Source of the DNA: an uncultured Aminicenantes bacterium | GTDB lineage: Bacteria > Acidobacteriota > Aminicenantia > UBA2199 | Assembly (NCBI GenBank): GCA_965195285.1 | Contig: CBDAFS010000009.1 | Span: forward strand, 28,860 to 92,859 | Length of the DNA stretch: 64,000 nt | Reading direction: 5' to 3' | In this document: piece by piece, positions 39,833-49,684 of the stretch | How the letters are laid out: every line of letters begins with the position of its first letter | How positions within the stretch are numbered: the first letter of the stretch is position 1 | The notes under the pieces: model-generated | Seen by the model: the letters and a program-made list of their open reading frames with translations, nothing else | Database searches by the model: none | Told to the model about the DNA's origin: nothing | Position numbers and translations under genes: made by a program

Positions 39833-42694
39833 TTAGAAATCCAGGCCTATCCAGAAAGTAAACCCATAATACTCTTTCTGGGTAAAATCCCAGCGATAAA
39901 TCCATTCAAAATGCATGGGAATACCGAACAAAAACGCTTGAATACCGAAACCATAAGAGGAAATTCCGTACAGAAGCTTGAATTTCCCCTCCTCCAGGAA
40001 CCGGTAATCAGGATCGTCAGTGAACCAGGCTCCACCCACATCGAAAAACAATACACCGCGCACAGGGCCCACATTCCCGATCAGGGTTCTGGCCGAGGTG
40101 ATCAGGGGGAATCTGAACTCGGCATTGAAGAAAAATCCATTGTTGCCCACCATGGATCTCCAGGGGACCGAGCGGATGGTATTGTTGCCTCCGGTCCAAT
40201 ACAAGATGGCATTATCCCCACCGGAGGTAAAACCTTTAAACCGGAAGGCCAGGAGGGTATGGATGTTTAGATTGACATATTTCCGAATATCCGCATCTGC
40301 TGAATAGGCGTCCATGAATGAATCACCCAGCTTGAAATATTTTTTAACTGAAAGTTTAAAGGTGTGTCCCCGGTTGGGGCCGTAATAGGAAAAACGGGTG
40401 GTCTCTCCGACCAGGGATAATTCAGCCGCAGTTGCATAGCCGCTGAAAAATTGACCGTAGGGAAGGTCATATCCCAGCAACAGTTCTGAATTTTCTTCCT
40501 GCTTGTACAGTGACAGACCCAGTTCGGCCCGGTAGGAGCGACTGAAGGGATACCATAGGGAAAAATCTCCACCGTATATTTTACGAAGGGTGAGATAAGA
40601 CTGGCTGTAGGGTTGATCCAGAGCATAGTCATAATAGGGATAATAATAGGGTTCGCGGTAATAATACATGTGGGCAAAATACTGCCACCGGTGGGTCAGG
40701 TTGAGATAATATATGTGGGACGATGTATACCCGTAATAGGAGGCCAAATAGAAAATAATATTTTGATCGCCCATCAGGTCGGTTATTTTCAGGGCAGCGG
40801 AACCCAGAAAGCTTCCATCACTTGAATAACCGATGGTAACTGATGGCATGGCGGTCAAGAAAAGTTTACTGAAAGGTTTGTATTTTTTCTCTTTGCTGAT
40901 TTTTACTTCCGGTTCTTGGGTTTTGGCAATCTCAATTTTTTTGATTTCATCGAATTCGATCTCTCTGACCTCCAGATGTTCGGAGATATCCTTTTTAAAT
41001 AGCAGGAAATTGTTTTTATAGTAGGTTGATATCACCAACCGTTCTGGATCTTCCGGTATTTCAAAGGGGAAGAAATTACCGGTGCGAACATCGGTATACC
41101 GGTAAAGCACTTTCTGTTCCAGATCAATTGAATTGATATTGTAGGATTCCAGTTCATCCGAACTGTAATATATATGCTTGGAATCCCGAGAAAATACCGG
41201 GGTGATATCATTGTAATACCCGGTGGTCAATTGAATGGCCATTTCCGGTTTTTCAAGTGTTCCCAGGAATAGTTTATAAAACTGATCCCTTTTGGCTGAA
41301 AAAACGATTTTTTCCCCATCCGGGGAAATATTCAATGATTTGATAAACAACAACCCTTCGGTGAGTTTATTGATTTGATTGGTGTTCAGGTTAATGGTGA
41401 AAATATAGGATTTTGAATTTTCAATACCGGTAAAGTATAAATGGTTGTTGTCAAGTGAGAAATCGGGGGAAGTCGGATCCTGGATGTTTTCGATTTTAAT
41501 TTTTTTCAGAATTTTACCATCCAGAATATCCAGCAAGACCAGATAATAACTTAATTCGTGCCGGGCAAAAAAGGCGATTTTTTCACCCTGATTGTCCCAG
41601 GAAAAGGATATACCATCGGCCGGATTGAATTTGAGATTGATGTTGTCATATTTGCTGGTCATACCCGGGGTGATATTCTTTATGGTGTGGCCATCCCGGA
41701 GGGAAATGAGAAGGATATCAAGATCAGCGTTTTTCCGGTTCGCAGTCAAAACTGCCAGCATTTCACCGGTGGGTGAAACCTGGTGGGAGAAGGAGTAAAC
41801 AAAGGGAAATTCGGGTCCAAGCATAATACCGTATTCTTCGGGATTTTCCTTTGTGAAAAATTTTTCAAACCGGTTCCGGGCATATTTTTTGAATTCGAAA
41901 TTGAATATTTTAACGGAGGGAAAAAACAGTTTGGAAACATTTCGTTTACTTTTAAGTACCGAGGCTTTCCGGTAATAGTAAAACAAGTTTTTGACGGCCC
42001 GGTCTCCGAACTTTTCGTGGATGAAATCGATGGCCAGATGACCGAAATCATAGGCGGCCCGGTTGGTGCCGTAGGTGGATCGCAATTGCCCGCTTTTGGT
42101 GAGTATGGGGATCTGGTCATTGAGCACGGCATCCCGGACGGTCAATAAATTAAAATTATCCCAGCCCTGGGTGATAAAATCGGCAAAACCTTCCATTACC
42201 CAAAGGGGGGGGCTTCTGAAGGACATGTTGCTTCGGGAGATGTCCTGGTAGAGAACCGAAAACTCGAATATATGGCCCAGTTCATGGGTCAGGGTGCCCA
42301 AGATCTCATCTATGGACAGGTCACCGTGAATAACAACCCGGTGGCCGATGGGCTCGGCAAAGGCCTGGGCTGCGGGGGGAAGAAATCCCGGGTATAGATT
42401 GGTCTGTTCGAATTCAATGTGAGTTTTATAGAAGATGATGGGGATTTTCTTCTTGACTTCGATATTCATGAATTTTGACATTCGGTTATAGTCTTGCTCG
42501 GCAGAATTGACAATTTGCTTGATCAGGGCAATATTGGCTGTATAATAGTAAATTTTGAAATGCTCTGTTTCCAGGAATTTCCAATCGAATTTAGACTGCC
42601 GAACCTTGTTTTTGCCATAATAATAATATTGTGAAAAAGCGTTATTCACTGTGAAAAGTAATACCAAAAGTAGAATGATTGTTTTTATTTTCAT
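39833..42694 (-). CDS. Omp85/BamA-TamA-like barrel protein with N-terminal zinc-peptidase (HExxH) and TolB/PD40-like propeller
   Basis: Signal peptide, HELGH and WVMEG, SPTG/SPDG/FSRD repeats, AEFRFP, FFDVG, terminal IGLDF. Confidence 0.78.
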   Translation of the reverse strand: MKIKTIILLLVLLFTVNNAFSQYYYYGKNKVRQSKFDWKFLETEHFKIYYYTANIALIKQIVNSAEQDYNRMSKFMNIEVKKKIPIIFYKTHIEFEQTNLYPGFLPPAAQAFAEPIGHRVVIHGDLSIDEILGTLTHELGHIFEFSVLYQDISRSNMSFRSPPLWVMEGFADFITQGWDNFNLLTVRDAVLNDQIPILTKSGQLRSTYGTNRAAYDFGHLAIDFIHEKFGDRAVKNLFYYYRKASVLKSKRNVSKLFFPSVKIFNFEFKKYARNRFEKFFTKENPEEYGIMLGPEFPFVYSFSHQVSPTGEMLAVLTANRKNADLDILLISLRDGHTIKNITPGMTSKYDNINLKFNPADGISFSWDNQGEKIAFFARHELSYYLVLLDILDGKILKKIKIENIQDPTSPDFSLDNNHLYFTGIENSKSYIFTINLNTNQINKLTEGLLFIKSLNISPDGEKIVFSAKRDQFYKLFLGTLEKPEMAIQLTTGYYNDITPVFSRDSKHIYYSSDELESYNINSIDLEQKVLYRYTDVRTGNFFPFEIPEDPERLVISTYYKNNFLLFKKDISEHLEVREIEFDEIKKIEIAKTQEPEVKISKEKKYKPFSKLFLTAMPSVTIGYSSDGSFLGSAALKITDLMGDQNIIFYLASYYGYTSSHIYYLNLTHRWQYFAHMYYYREPYYYPYYDYALDQPYSQSYLTLRKIYGGDFSLWYPFSRSYRAELGLSLYKQEENSELLLGYDLPYGQFFSGYATAAELSLVGETTRFSYYGPNRGHTFKLSVKKYFKLGDSFMDAYSADADIRKYVNLNIHTLLAFRFKGFTSGGDNAILYWTGGNNTIRSVPWRSMVGNNGFFFNAEFRFPLITSARTLIGNVGPVRGVLFFDVGGAWFTDDPDYRFLEEGKFKLLYGISSYGFGIQAFLFGIPMHFEWIYRWDFTQKEYYGFTFWIGLDF

Positions 42695-42696
42695 GA

Positions 42697-43323
42697 TTAT
42701 TTCCTGTTTTGTAATAGGTATCTATTTTGAAATTTAAATTTTTTCTTGATATTTTGCAAGAAGCTTTCAGTCAGATTATCAAACAGAGATTTGAAGTTGA
42801 ACTGGGCTTTGCTCGGATCCGCATCCTTCAGTGTTGAATCAAAAGTCTGCTGGCTGATGGTTTTCAGAGAATCCGACTCGATCATGACCAGTTTCCAGGT
42901 CATTTCCCACAATTGAATTTTAACAAAGGCTTTTTTCTTTTTCTCTTTGACATTTTTTACAATGCTTCTGGTTTTGATATCGATGGTAAATTTTCCGGTG
43001 ATGAACAGGGTGTTGGGATGCTTTCTCAGTTTGTTCTTTATCGATTCCAGGCGATTTTCCGGATCTGTTTCAATATCGACATATTCGATTTTTTTTTGGA
43101 TGGTCTGTTGAAACTCATCGGTAAAAAATTTGATTAACTCCTTTTTGGGGTTCGGATCGGAAAGCGGAGCGGTGATGTCAAATCCGCCAATGAATATGGT
43201 ATCAAATTTTTCATAAGCCACCCGGTTCTCCTGATCGATCGGAATTTTAACGATCAGCGGTTTTTTGGTACAGGAGATGAACACAAACATGCATATCAAC
43301 AATATTGGGATTTTAATTTTCAT
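42697..43323 (-). CDS. Hypothetical lipoprotein
   Basis: VFISC lipobox; coupled to neighbours. Confidence 0.7.
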   Translation of the reverse strand: MKIKIPILLICMFVFISCTKKPLIVKIPIDQENRVAYEKFDTIFIGGFDITAPLSDPNPKKELIKFFTDEFQQTIQKKIEYVDIETDPENRLESIKNKLRKHPNTLFITGKFTIDIKTRSIVKNVKEKKKKAFVKIQLWEMTWKLVMIESDSLKTISQQTFDSTLKDADPSKAQFNFKSLFDNLTESFLQNIKKKFKFQNRYLLQNRK

Positions 43324-43645
43324 TTTTTTTCTTCTCGTCTTTTTCTTTAAATTTTTTATAATTACTTAAAATATATTTGTTCTGGGGTTCCAGTTTCAGT
43401 GCTTTTTTGTAGGCGGTTTCGGCTTTTTCTGGTTTTCCGATTTTTTCATAGTAAATCGCCAGATTATTGTGTATGGCGGCGGTTTCCTTTTCCTGCGTCA
43501 CTACTTTTTCCCATCTGAAATGGGCCTCTTTCCATAATCCCTGTTGGGCCAGTTTGTTGGCAAAATCGAATTCAGATTTGAAGTTATTTGGATGACAGGA
43601 AACCAGAACGAATATGGTTCCGATTAATATCAGTATATGTTTCAC
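43313..43645 (-). CDS. TPR lipoprotein
   Basis: LVSC lipobox; HNNLAIYY...AYKKAL TPR; GGAGG RBS with GTG start. Confidence 0.75.
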   Translation of the reverse strand: MKHILILIGTIFVLVSCHPNNFKSEFDFANKLAQQGLWKEAHFRWEKVVTQEKETAAIHNNLAIYYEKIGKPEKAETAYKKALKLEPQNKYILSNYKKFKEKDEKKKNEN

Positions 43646-43916
43646 TAAGCCCTCCTAAAAACCAATCATATCTAAAAAATGAATTTTTTTCAAACCTTCA
43701 GCCAATAATCGGTTTTGCATCTCCTGAAAAGAAGCAACTCGTGTGCCATCCATATGGATTTGGACTGTCACATTTAGGTGACGATTTTAAAACCTCAGTT
43801 TTTTTTATGTGACAGTTATTTAAAATTTGCCAATGGTATTGTTGAATCCGGTTTAAATGTATTATAATGGGAGGGAATTAAATGAAGAAGCACAAGCGCA
43901 GAGCTTCAAGGAAATT

Positions 43917-44291
43917 ATGATGATCAAGGGAATCGGGGTTGATATTTTGGCCATTGGCCGCATGGAAAAAATGATTGACGGGGATGACCGGTTCATTAGA
44001 AAAGTATTTACCCGAGAAGAGATTGAATACTGTACGTCCAAAGCCAAGATAGCCCAGCATTACGCTGCCCGTTTTACGGCCAAGGAAGCCTTTTTTAAAG
44101 CATTGGGAAGCGGTTGGAGATATGGTATGAGCTGGAAGGAAGTATGGGTTGAAAACAACCAGCTGGGAAAACCTGAAATCAGAATATCCGGGAAAGCCCG
44201 CCATCATTTTGATGAAATGAAGTTTAAAAAAATCCATCTGTCGGTTTCCCATACCGAGGAATATGCTGTAGCCTTTGTACTGATTGAGTGA
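43917..44291 (+). CDS. acpS: Holo-[acyl-carrier-protein] synthase
   Basis: GIGVDI, AARFTAKEAFFKALG, GKP, LSVSH. Confidence 0.93.
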   Translation: MMIKGIGVDILAIGRMEKMIDGDDRFIRKVFTREEIEYCTSKAKIAQHYAARFTAKEAFFKALGSGWRYGMSWKEVWVENNQLGKPEIRISGKARHHFDEMKFKKIHLSVSHTEEYAVAFVLIE

Positions 44292-44370
44292 TTCGAAAGT
44301 CTCTGAAGTTGAAATATTTATCCGGTTATAATACAATGTATAAAATGGTGACGCTTTTTGGGAGACAATA

Positions 44371-44724
44371 ATGAAACATTTTTATATTCGCTCTAAAGTT
44401 GAAGAGCAGATTGCAGTTATTTATCCTAAAGGACATCTGGATGCTCATAATGTGGAACGGTTTGAAAAAGAAATTGTAAAATTATTGAGTAATAACATTG
44501 TCCGGATTGTGGTGAACTGCAAGGATTTAAATTATATCAGCTCCGCTGGAATGGGAATCATAATGGGATATCTGGATGAGATCCGGGATAAGAATGGAGA
44601 TATCCGGCTCTGTTCGGTCAATAGCCGGGTATATGAAATATTTGACCTGGTGGGTTTTACCGATATTTATGATTTTGTTAAAGATGAAGCCAGTGCCATC
44701 AACAAATTTAAAAATGTTTCCTGA
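44371..44724 (+). CDS. STAS-domain anti-sigma-factor antagonist (RsbV/SpoIIAA-like)
   Basis: GHLDA, YISSAGMG, VYEIFDLVGF. Confidence 0.88.
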   Translation: MKHFYIRSKVEEQIAVIYPKGHLDAHNVERFEKEIVKLLSNNIVRIVVNCKDLNYISSAGMGIIMGYLDEIRDKNGDIRLCSVNSRVYEIFDLVGFTDIYDFVKDEASAINKFKNVS

Positions 44725-45142
44725 AAAACCTGAATTATCCATCACAATTCCCAGCAAGACCGAATTGTTGAAAATGGTTGTTGAATTGACCAAGCATATC
44801 GCAACCATCAATCAATTCCCCAGTTCCGATTCCCAGAAGATTGCCCTGGCAGTCGATGAAGCCATTACCAATGTCATCAAGCATTCTTATCTCAGGAAAA
44901 AGGATAAGGATATCAGGCTTGAATACTTCACCAATGGGAATGGATTGAAGATAAAAATCATTTTTACTGGTATTCCTCCGGTTCTGTCCAAGGAAGGTGT
45001 TGACTTAAACAAGTATATCAGGGAAAAAAGAAAGAGCGGACTGGGGGTTGAATTAATGAGAAGAATAATGGATTCGGTTGAATATAAAACGGTCAATGAT
45101 GTGAACTATTGTGAAATGATAAAATGGAAGACCAAAAAATAG
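44714..45142 (+). CDS. RsbW/SpoIIAB-like anti-sigma factor/kinase (HATPase)
   Basis: IALAVDEAITNVIKHSY, GLGVELMRRIMD; ATG 44714. Confidence 0.82.
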   Translation: MFPEKPELSITIPSKTELLKMVVELTKHIATINQFPSSDSQKIALAVDEAITNVIKHSYLRKKDKDIRLEYFTNGNGLKIKIIFTGIPPVLSKEGVDLNKYIREKRKSGLGVELMRRIMDSVEYKTVNDVNYCEMIKWKTKK

Positions 45143-46380
45143 TCCGGTTAAAAAAAGAGTTAAAACTTAAAAGATTTCAATTTAATTCCATTTACGAGTT
45201 TTCTTCATCCCTGTACTCTTCGTTTGATATCAGCAATATTATCCGAATTCTTTTTTCCACCCTGATGGGTCAGATGGCTATCTCGAGAATATTTTTTTTT
45301 GATACGTCAAAGAATTTATTCAGAGAAAGGGGTTGCAAGCTCAGCAGTTCTGAAATAAACCGATTCCGGAAAGATGTGAAAAAAATCAAAGGGAACTGGT
45401 TTTTCCTGGAAGTGAAAAACTTGTCCCCTGATCTTCTCTCTCTGCAAAATCTGTTACTGGAAAAAAAAGTTCATTATCTGGTTAATATCTCTGATTCATC
45501 CAAAAAAAAAACATTTATCGGACTCGGTTACAAATTCAATAAATTACAGTTGAGCGAGGAGGAAATTGAATTCTCCTTCTTTATTTCCCGTTTTGCCCTG
45601 ATTGCCATTGATAATGCGGTCTTATTGCACCAGATCATTGAGAATAAACGGATCGAACATGAGATCAAAATAGCCAAGGATATTCAACTGTCCTTGCTTC
45701 CCCAGCGAATCCCGAAACTCAGTAATTTTGAAATTTCTGTGGTTTACCGTCCCATCAATGAAGTTGGGGGTGATTACTATGATATTTTGAAAGAAAGGCA
45801 AGGTATGATCCCCGTGCTGATTGCCGATGTGGAGGGCAAGGGGTTACCGGCTGCGCTTCTGGCAGCCTCTTCTCAGGCTATTTTTCATTCATTGAACGAG
45901 TTGTATTTTTTTAAACCGGCCAAATTTATTTCCAAAGCCAATTCACTCATTTATAACTTTACCAAGGGAAACCGTTTCATTACCCTGTTCTGGTTATTGG
46001 TTGACGATGAAAACCGGGCCATTACCTATGTGAATGCCGGCCATATTGAGCCTTTCATTGTATCCGGAGACCAGACCATCTCTTTATCGGTCGGAGGTTT
46101 TTTAACCGGATTTGTGGAGGATGCCGAATATGAGATGGCCACTCAGCAGCTGAAAAAGGGGGATATCCTGGTGGCCTATACCGATGGGGTCATCGAAGTC
46201 AATAATCCCCGGGATCAGGAATATGGCCGGGATTCCCTGATCAACTTGGTCAAGGCAAATACCTCGCTTTCAGCTGAAAAACTGACAAAAAAGATCTGCC
46301 GGGAAACCGAAAAATTCAGCAAAGGGATGAAATACAACGATGATTTCACCCTGATTGTTTTAAAAGCGAAATCGGATTAA
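45124..46380 (+). CDS. SpoIIE/RsbU-type PP2C phosphatase with N-terminal GAF-like region
   Basis: AKDIQ, VGGDYYD, ADVEGKG, NAGH, YTDG, DDFT. Confidence 0.88.
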   Translation: MEDQKIVRLKKELKLKRFQFNSIYEFSSSLYSSFDISNIIRILFSTLMGQMAISRIFFFDTSKNLFRERGCKLSSSEINRFRKDVKKIKGNWFFLEVKNLSPDLLSLQNLLLEKKVHYLVNISDSSKKKTFIGLGYKFNKLQLSEEEIEFSFFISRFALIAIDNAVLLHQIIENKRIEHEIKIAKDIQLSLLPQRIPKLSNFEISVVYRPINEVGGDYYDILKERQGMIPVLIADVEGKGLPAALLAASSQAIFHSLNELYFFKPAKFISKANSLIYNFTKGNRFITLFWLLVDDENRAITYVNAGHIEPFIVSGDQTISLSVGGFLTGFVEDAEYEMATQQLKKGDILVAYTDGVIEVNNPRDQEYGRDSLINLVKANTSLSAEKLTKKICRETEKFSKGMKYNDDFTLIVLKAKSD

Positions 46381-46517
46381 AATTGAACTGACTGGAAGCC
46401 GGCCTTGACAACAGGCTTTTTATTTTATATATTATATAATTGCTATCGGTAAGATTAAAGCATATAAAAAAAATCATAGAGTCAATTTGACAGTTGATTT
46501 GGTATTAAGGAGTTGCT

Positions 46518-46652
46518 GTGAAGAGAACATATCAACCCAATAATCGAAAAAGAAAGAAAACCCATGGTTTTCGAAGCCGTATGGCTACCAAGGGCGGAAG
46601 ATCGGTGTTGAACAACCGGAGAAGAAAGGGCCGAAACAGGTTAACCGTTTAA
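46518..46652 (+). CDS. rpmH: 50S ribosomal protein L34 (below the ORF-track size cutoff)
   Basis: GTG start after AAGGAG; [44 protein letters not shown]. Confidence 0.96.
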   Translation: MKRTYQPNNRKRKKTHGFRSRMATKGGRSVLNNRRRKGRNRLTV

Positions 46653-46669
46653 TCCCGGGTCTTTGATTC

Positions 46670-47012
46670 ATGTCATTTAGGTTCCCGGCCTCTCAGAGAA
46701 TTAGAAAAGAAGAAGAGTTTAAATTTTTATTGAAAAAAGCCCGAAAAATCCGAAGTGATTTTTTTTTTATACTTTTTAAGGAATGATTTTCCGTATCACC
46801 GTTTTGCCATTTCTGTAAATAAAAAGATTGATAACGCGGTTCATCGTAATTATATAAAGAGGAGAATGAAAGAGCTTTTTCGACTGAATCAGCATCTGCT
46901 AACTTCCCGGCATGATTTATGGATTGTGGTGAAGAAAAAGTTCGATCAAAGCAACATGTCTGAAATTGAGCGTTTATTTGTTGATGCACTGATCAGGATT
47001 GAGTATCAATGA
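46670..47012 (+). pseudogene. rnpA: Ribonuclease P protein component, apparent frameshift in a T10 run (46759-46768)
   Basis: N-terminus MSFRFPASQRIRKEEEF stops at 46784-46786; C-terminal part RFAISVNKK..AVHRNYIKR is in the +1 frame; lies between rpmH and yidD. Confidence 0.8.
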
Positions 47013-47239
47013 TAAGGAAATTGTTTTTACTGATATTGGCTTTTTATAAAAAATGGATCTCGCCCTGGATGGGGAATCATTGCCGGTTTTATCCCACCTG
47101 TTCAAGCTATACCTATGAAGCCATAGAAAAACACGGTGTTTTCAGGGGAATATGGTTGGGTGTGAAAAGATTGTTAAAGTGTCATCCCCTGCATCCGGGT
47201 GGCTTGGATCAGGTCCCGAAAAAACATAAGGTGAAATAA
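47009..47239 (+). CDS. yidD: Membrane protein insertion efficiency factor
   Basis: [21 protein letters not shown]. Confidence 0.93.
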   Translation: MIRKLFLLILAFYKKWISPWMGNHCRFYPTCSSYTYEAIEKHGVFRGIWLGVKRLLKCHPLHPGGLDQVPKKHKVK

Positions 47240-47242
47240 AAA

Positions 47243-49075
47243 ATGGATACAAAAAAGTTAGTTTTAGCCATTGTACTGTCAATTATTGTGATTACGGGTT
47301 ATCAGTATCTCTTCATGCCCAAACCGTCCGAAACGGTGCGTCAGCCCCAGGCTCAATCGGATCGGCAGGTCCCGGATGCGGTTGATTATGAGTCCCGGGA
47401 ACCCAAGACAGCAGAAAGTCCCGCCACTACCTCGGAATCCTCCAGCATTCAGGATATTTTTTCGCCCAAGAAAGAGGAGAAGAAGGTTCCGGAACCGGTG
47501 AAACCCCGGAAAGTCGAATCCGATATTGCCGATACCCAGGTCAAAGACATTATCATTGAAAATGAGTTGTATACCGCTACTTTTACCAATCAGGGAGCCG
47601 GCCTGAAATCATTCATCCTGAAAAAGAGATTTCACGGGGATAAACAATATCTGGATGATGAGAAGAATCCCCTTGACCTGGTTTCCGAGAAAGTGGCCCG
47701 AACCAAACTCTATCCGTTTTATTTCTGGCCTGATGAAAAAAACGATGTTTTTGTCACTTTAAACGGCCAGAAATTCAGTTATCAGGGAGAATTGAAAAGG
47801 CAGGTCAAGCATGGCAGGCTTGAAATCATTTTCAAATATGCCGATAAAACCCAAAATCTTCAAGCCTGGAAAAAATTTGTTTTTTCCCCTTACAGTTATG
47901 TCATTGAACTTCAATTCGAGATCATTAAAGACGGCAAGTCCATAACTCCCCCGGTTATTTTCGGGCCCGATATTGAAAATAATGTCAGCTCCGAACGGGT
48001 GATGCAACAGAACTTGAAGATCGGTGCCTACGATGGCAATAAAATCACCTCCGTGGAATTCGGAAAATTAAAAACAGAGAAAACCGACAATCCGGCTCTG
48101 GAAAAGATCAGTGGTCCTCTGAACGGGTCTTTTTTCTGGGCTGCATATGAGAGAACTTATTTTGCTGCCATCTTTAAAATCGATCCCAGGCAGTCGGATA
48201 TCAAGTATAGTCTGGTCAAGGAAATAGTTGAAAAAAACAAGCCCCAATTGTATTCCTACATGATTGTTTCCGATCCCCGGGCAGTCTATCTGGGTCCCAA
48301 GGATGAAGATGTCCTGTCCACGGTGACCGATATTTTCCTCAATGCCAATGAGGTGGTGGAATACGGGTGGTTTGGCAGTATTGCCAAAATCATGGGGAAG
48401 GGAATCAACTTCATCTACCGGAAAATCCTGAACTATGGTAATTATGGATGGGCCATCGTTCTATTCACTCTATTTTTAAAACTCCTGCTCTTCCCGCTGA
48501 CTTATACATCGAGTGTGTCCATGGCCAAAATGCAAACCCTTCAACCCAAGGTAAAGGCCATCAAGAAAAAATACAAAAACCAGAAGGACCCTGAACAGCG
48601 AAAGGCCATGAATACGGAAATGATGGCCCTCTACAAACAAGAGAAAGTCAATCCGGCGGGGGGGTGCCTGCCGCTGCTGCTGCAATTACCCATTCTTTGG
48701 GGGTTTTTCAGATTGCTTGCGGTTTCCATCAGCGTCCATCATGAACCTTGGATGCTGTGGATCGATGATCTTTCCCTGAAGGATCCTTATTATATTCTGC
48801 CCATTCTCATGGGAGTAACCCAGATCATTTTGCAGAAGATGTCTCCCAGCAGCGGAACCGAAGGGGCTCAGAAGAAAATGATGTATATCATGCCGGTGGT
48901 GATTGTATTTTTTGTCATGAATCTGCCCAGCGGCCTCACCCTTTACTGGTTTGTGAGCAATCTGCTCCAGATGGGTCAGCAGCATATTATCAATAAAAGA
49001 ATGTATTCCAAGAAAAAGGAAGAAGACCGGCAGCGGAAAGTCGATAAAAGAAAAAAGGGCGGGAAGGTGAAATAA
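47243..49075 (+). CDS. yidC: Membrane protein insertase
   Basis: NYGWAIV, GGCLPLLLQLP, DPYYILP, PSGLTLYW. Confidence 0.95.
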   Translation: MDTKKLVLAIVLSIIVITGYQYLFMPKPSETVRQPQAQSDRQVPDAVDYESREPKTAESPATTSESSSIQDIFSPKKEEKKVPEPVKPRKVESDIADTQVKDIIIENELYTATFTNQGAGLKSFILKKRFHGDKQYLDDEKNPLDLVSEKVARTKLYPFYFWPDEKNDVFVTLNGQKFSYQGELKRQVKHGRLEIIFKYADKTQNLQAWKKFVFSPYSYVIELQFEIIKDGKSITPPVIFGPDIENNVSSERVMQQNLKIGAYDGNKITSVEFGKLKTEKTDNPALEKISGPLNGSFFWAAYERTYFAAIFKIDPRQSDIKYSLVKEIVEKNKPQLYSYMIVSDPRAVYLGPKDEDVLSTVTDIFLNANEVVEYGWFGSIAKIMGKGINFIYRKILNYGNYGWAIVLFTLFLKLLLFPLTYTSSVSMAKMQTLQPKVKAIKKKYKNQKDPEQRKAMNTEMMALYKQEKVNPAGGCLPLLLQLPILWGFFRLLAVSISVHHEPWMLWIDDLSLKDPYYILPILMGVTQIILQKMSPSSGTEGAQKKMMYIMPVVIVFFVMNLPSGLTLYWFVSNLLQMGQQHIINKRMYSKKKEEDRQRKVDKRKKGGKVK

Positions 49076-49684
49076 ATGAAGAAAAAGGAATTCAGCGATA
49101 TCTCTTTGAAAGACGCTATCTTGAAAGCAGCTGAAGAATTCAACACCGATGAAGAAAAAATCAGGTATGAGATCATCACCGAGAAAACCCGATATTTCGG
49201 TCACAGACAGCGGGAGATTTTTATCAATGCCTGGCCTTATGATGGCAGTGAAGAAGATGAGCTGAAGTCTTTTTTGAAGGAAATTATCGACCAAATGCGG
49301 CTTGATCTGGATTTCGAAATCGAGGATAAAAAAGGATTTTTGAGAGTCAATTTCAGTGGCGATGATTACAAGCTGCTGCTCTACCAGAATGGCAATCTTT
49401 TGAATGCCATTCAGTATCTATTGAACCGGTTGTTTTCGGATACGGTGGGGAAAAAAATATTCTGCGAATGTGAAAATTTCAGAAAAAACCGGGAAAGAGA
49501 ACTCACCAATCTTTCCCATCATTATGCCAAGGAAGTCCAAAAAAGGGGAAAACCCCTGAGTTTAAAGGAATTGAATCCTTTTGAGAGAAGAATTGTTCAC
49601 ATAACCATCAATAAATATTCTGACCTTGAATCAAAGAGTATGGGAGACAGTTTTTTGAAGGTGATCACCATAAAAAGAAAGTAA
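49076..49684 (+). CDS. jag: Jag/KhpB RNA-binding protein (KH plus R3H)
   Basis: LNAIQYL, NPFERRIVH; yidC-jag-mnmE synteny. Confidence 0.85.
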   Translation: MKKKEFSDISLKDAILKAAEEFNTDEEKIRYEIITEKTRYFGHRQREIFINAWPYDGSEEDELKSFLKEIIDQMRLDLDFEIEDKKGFLRVNFSGDDYKLLLYQNGNLLNAIQYLLNRLFSDTVGKKIFCECENFRKNRERELTNLSHHYAKEVQKRGKPLSLKELNPFERRIVHITINKYSDLESKSMGDSFLKVITIKRK

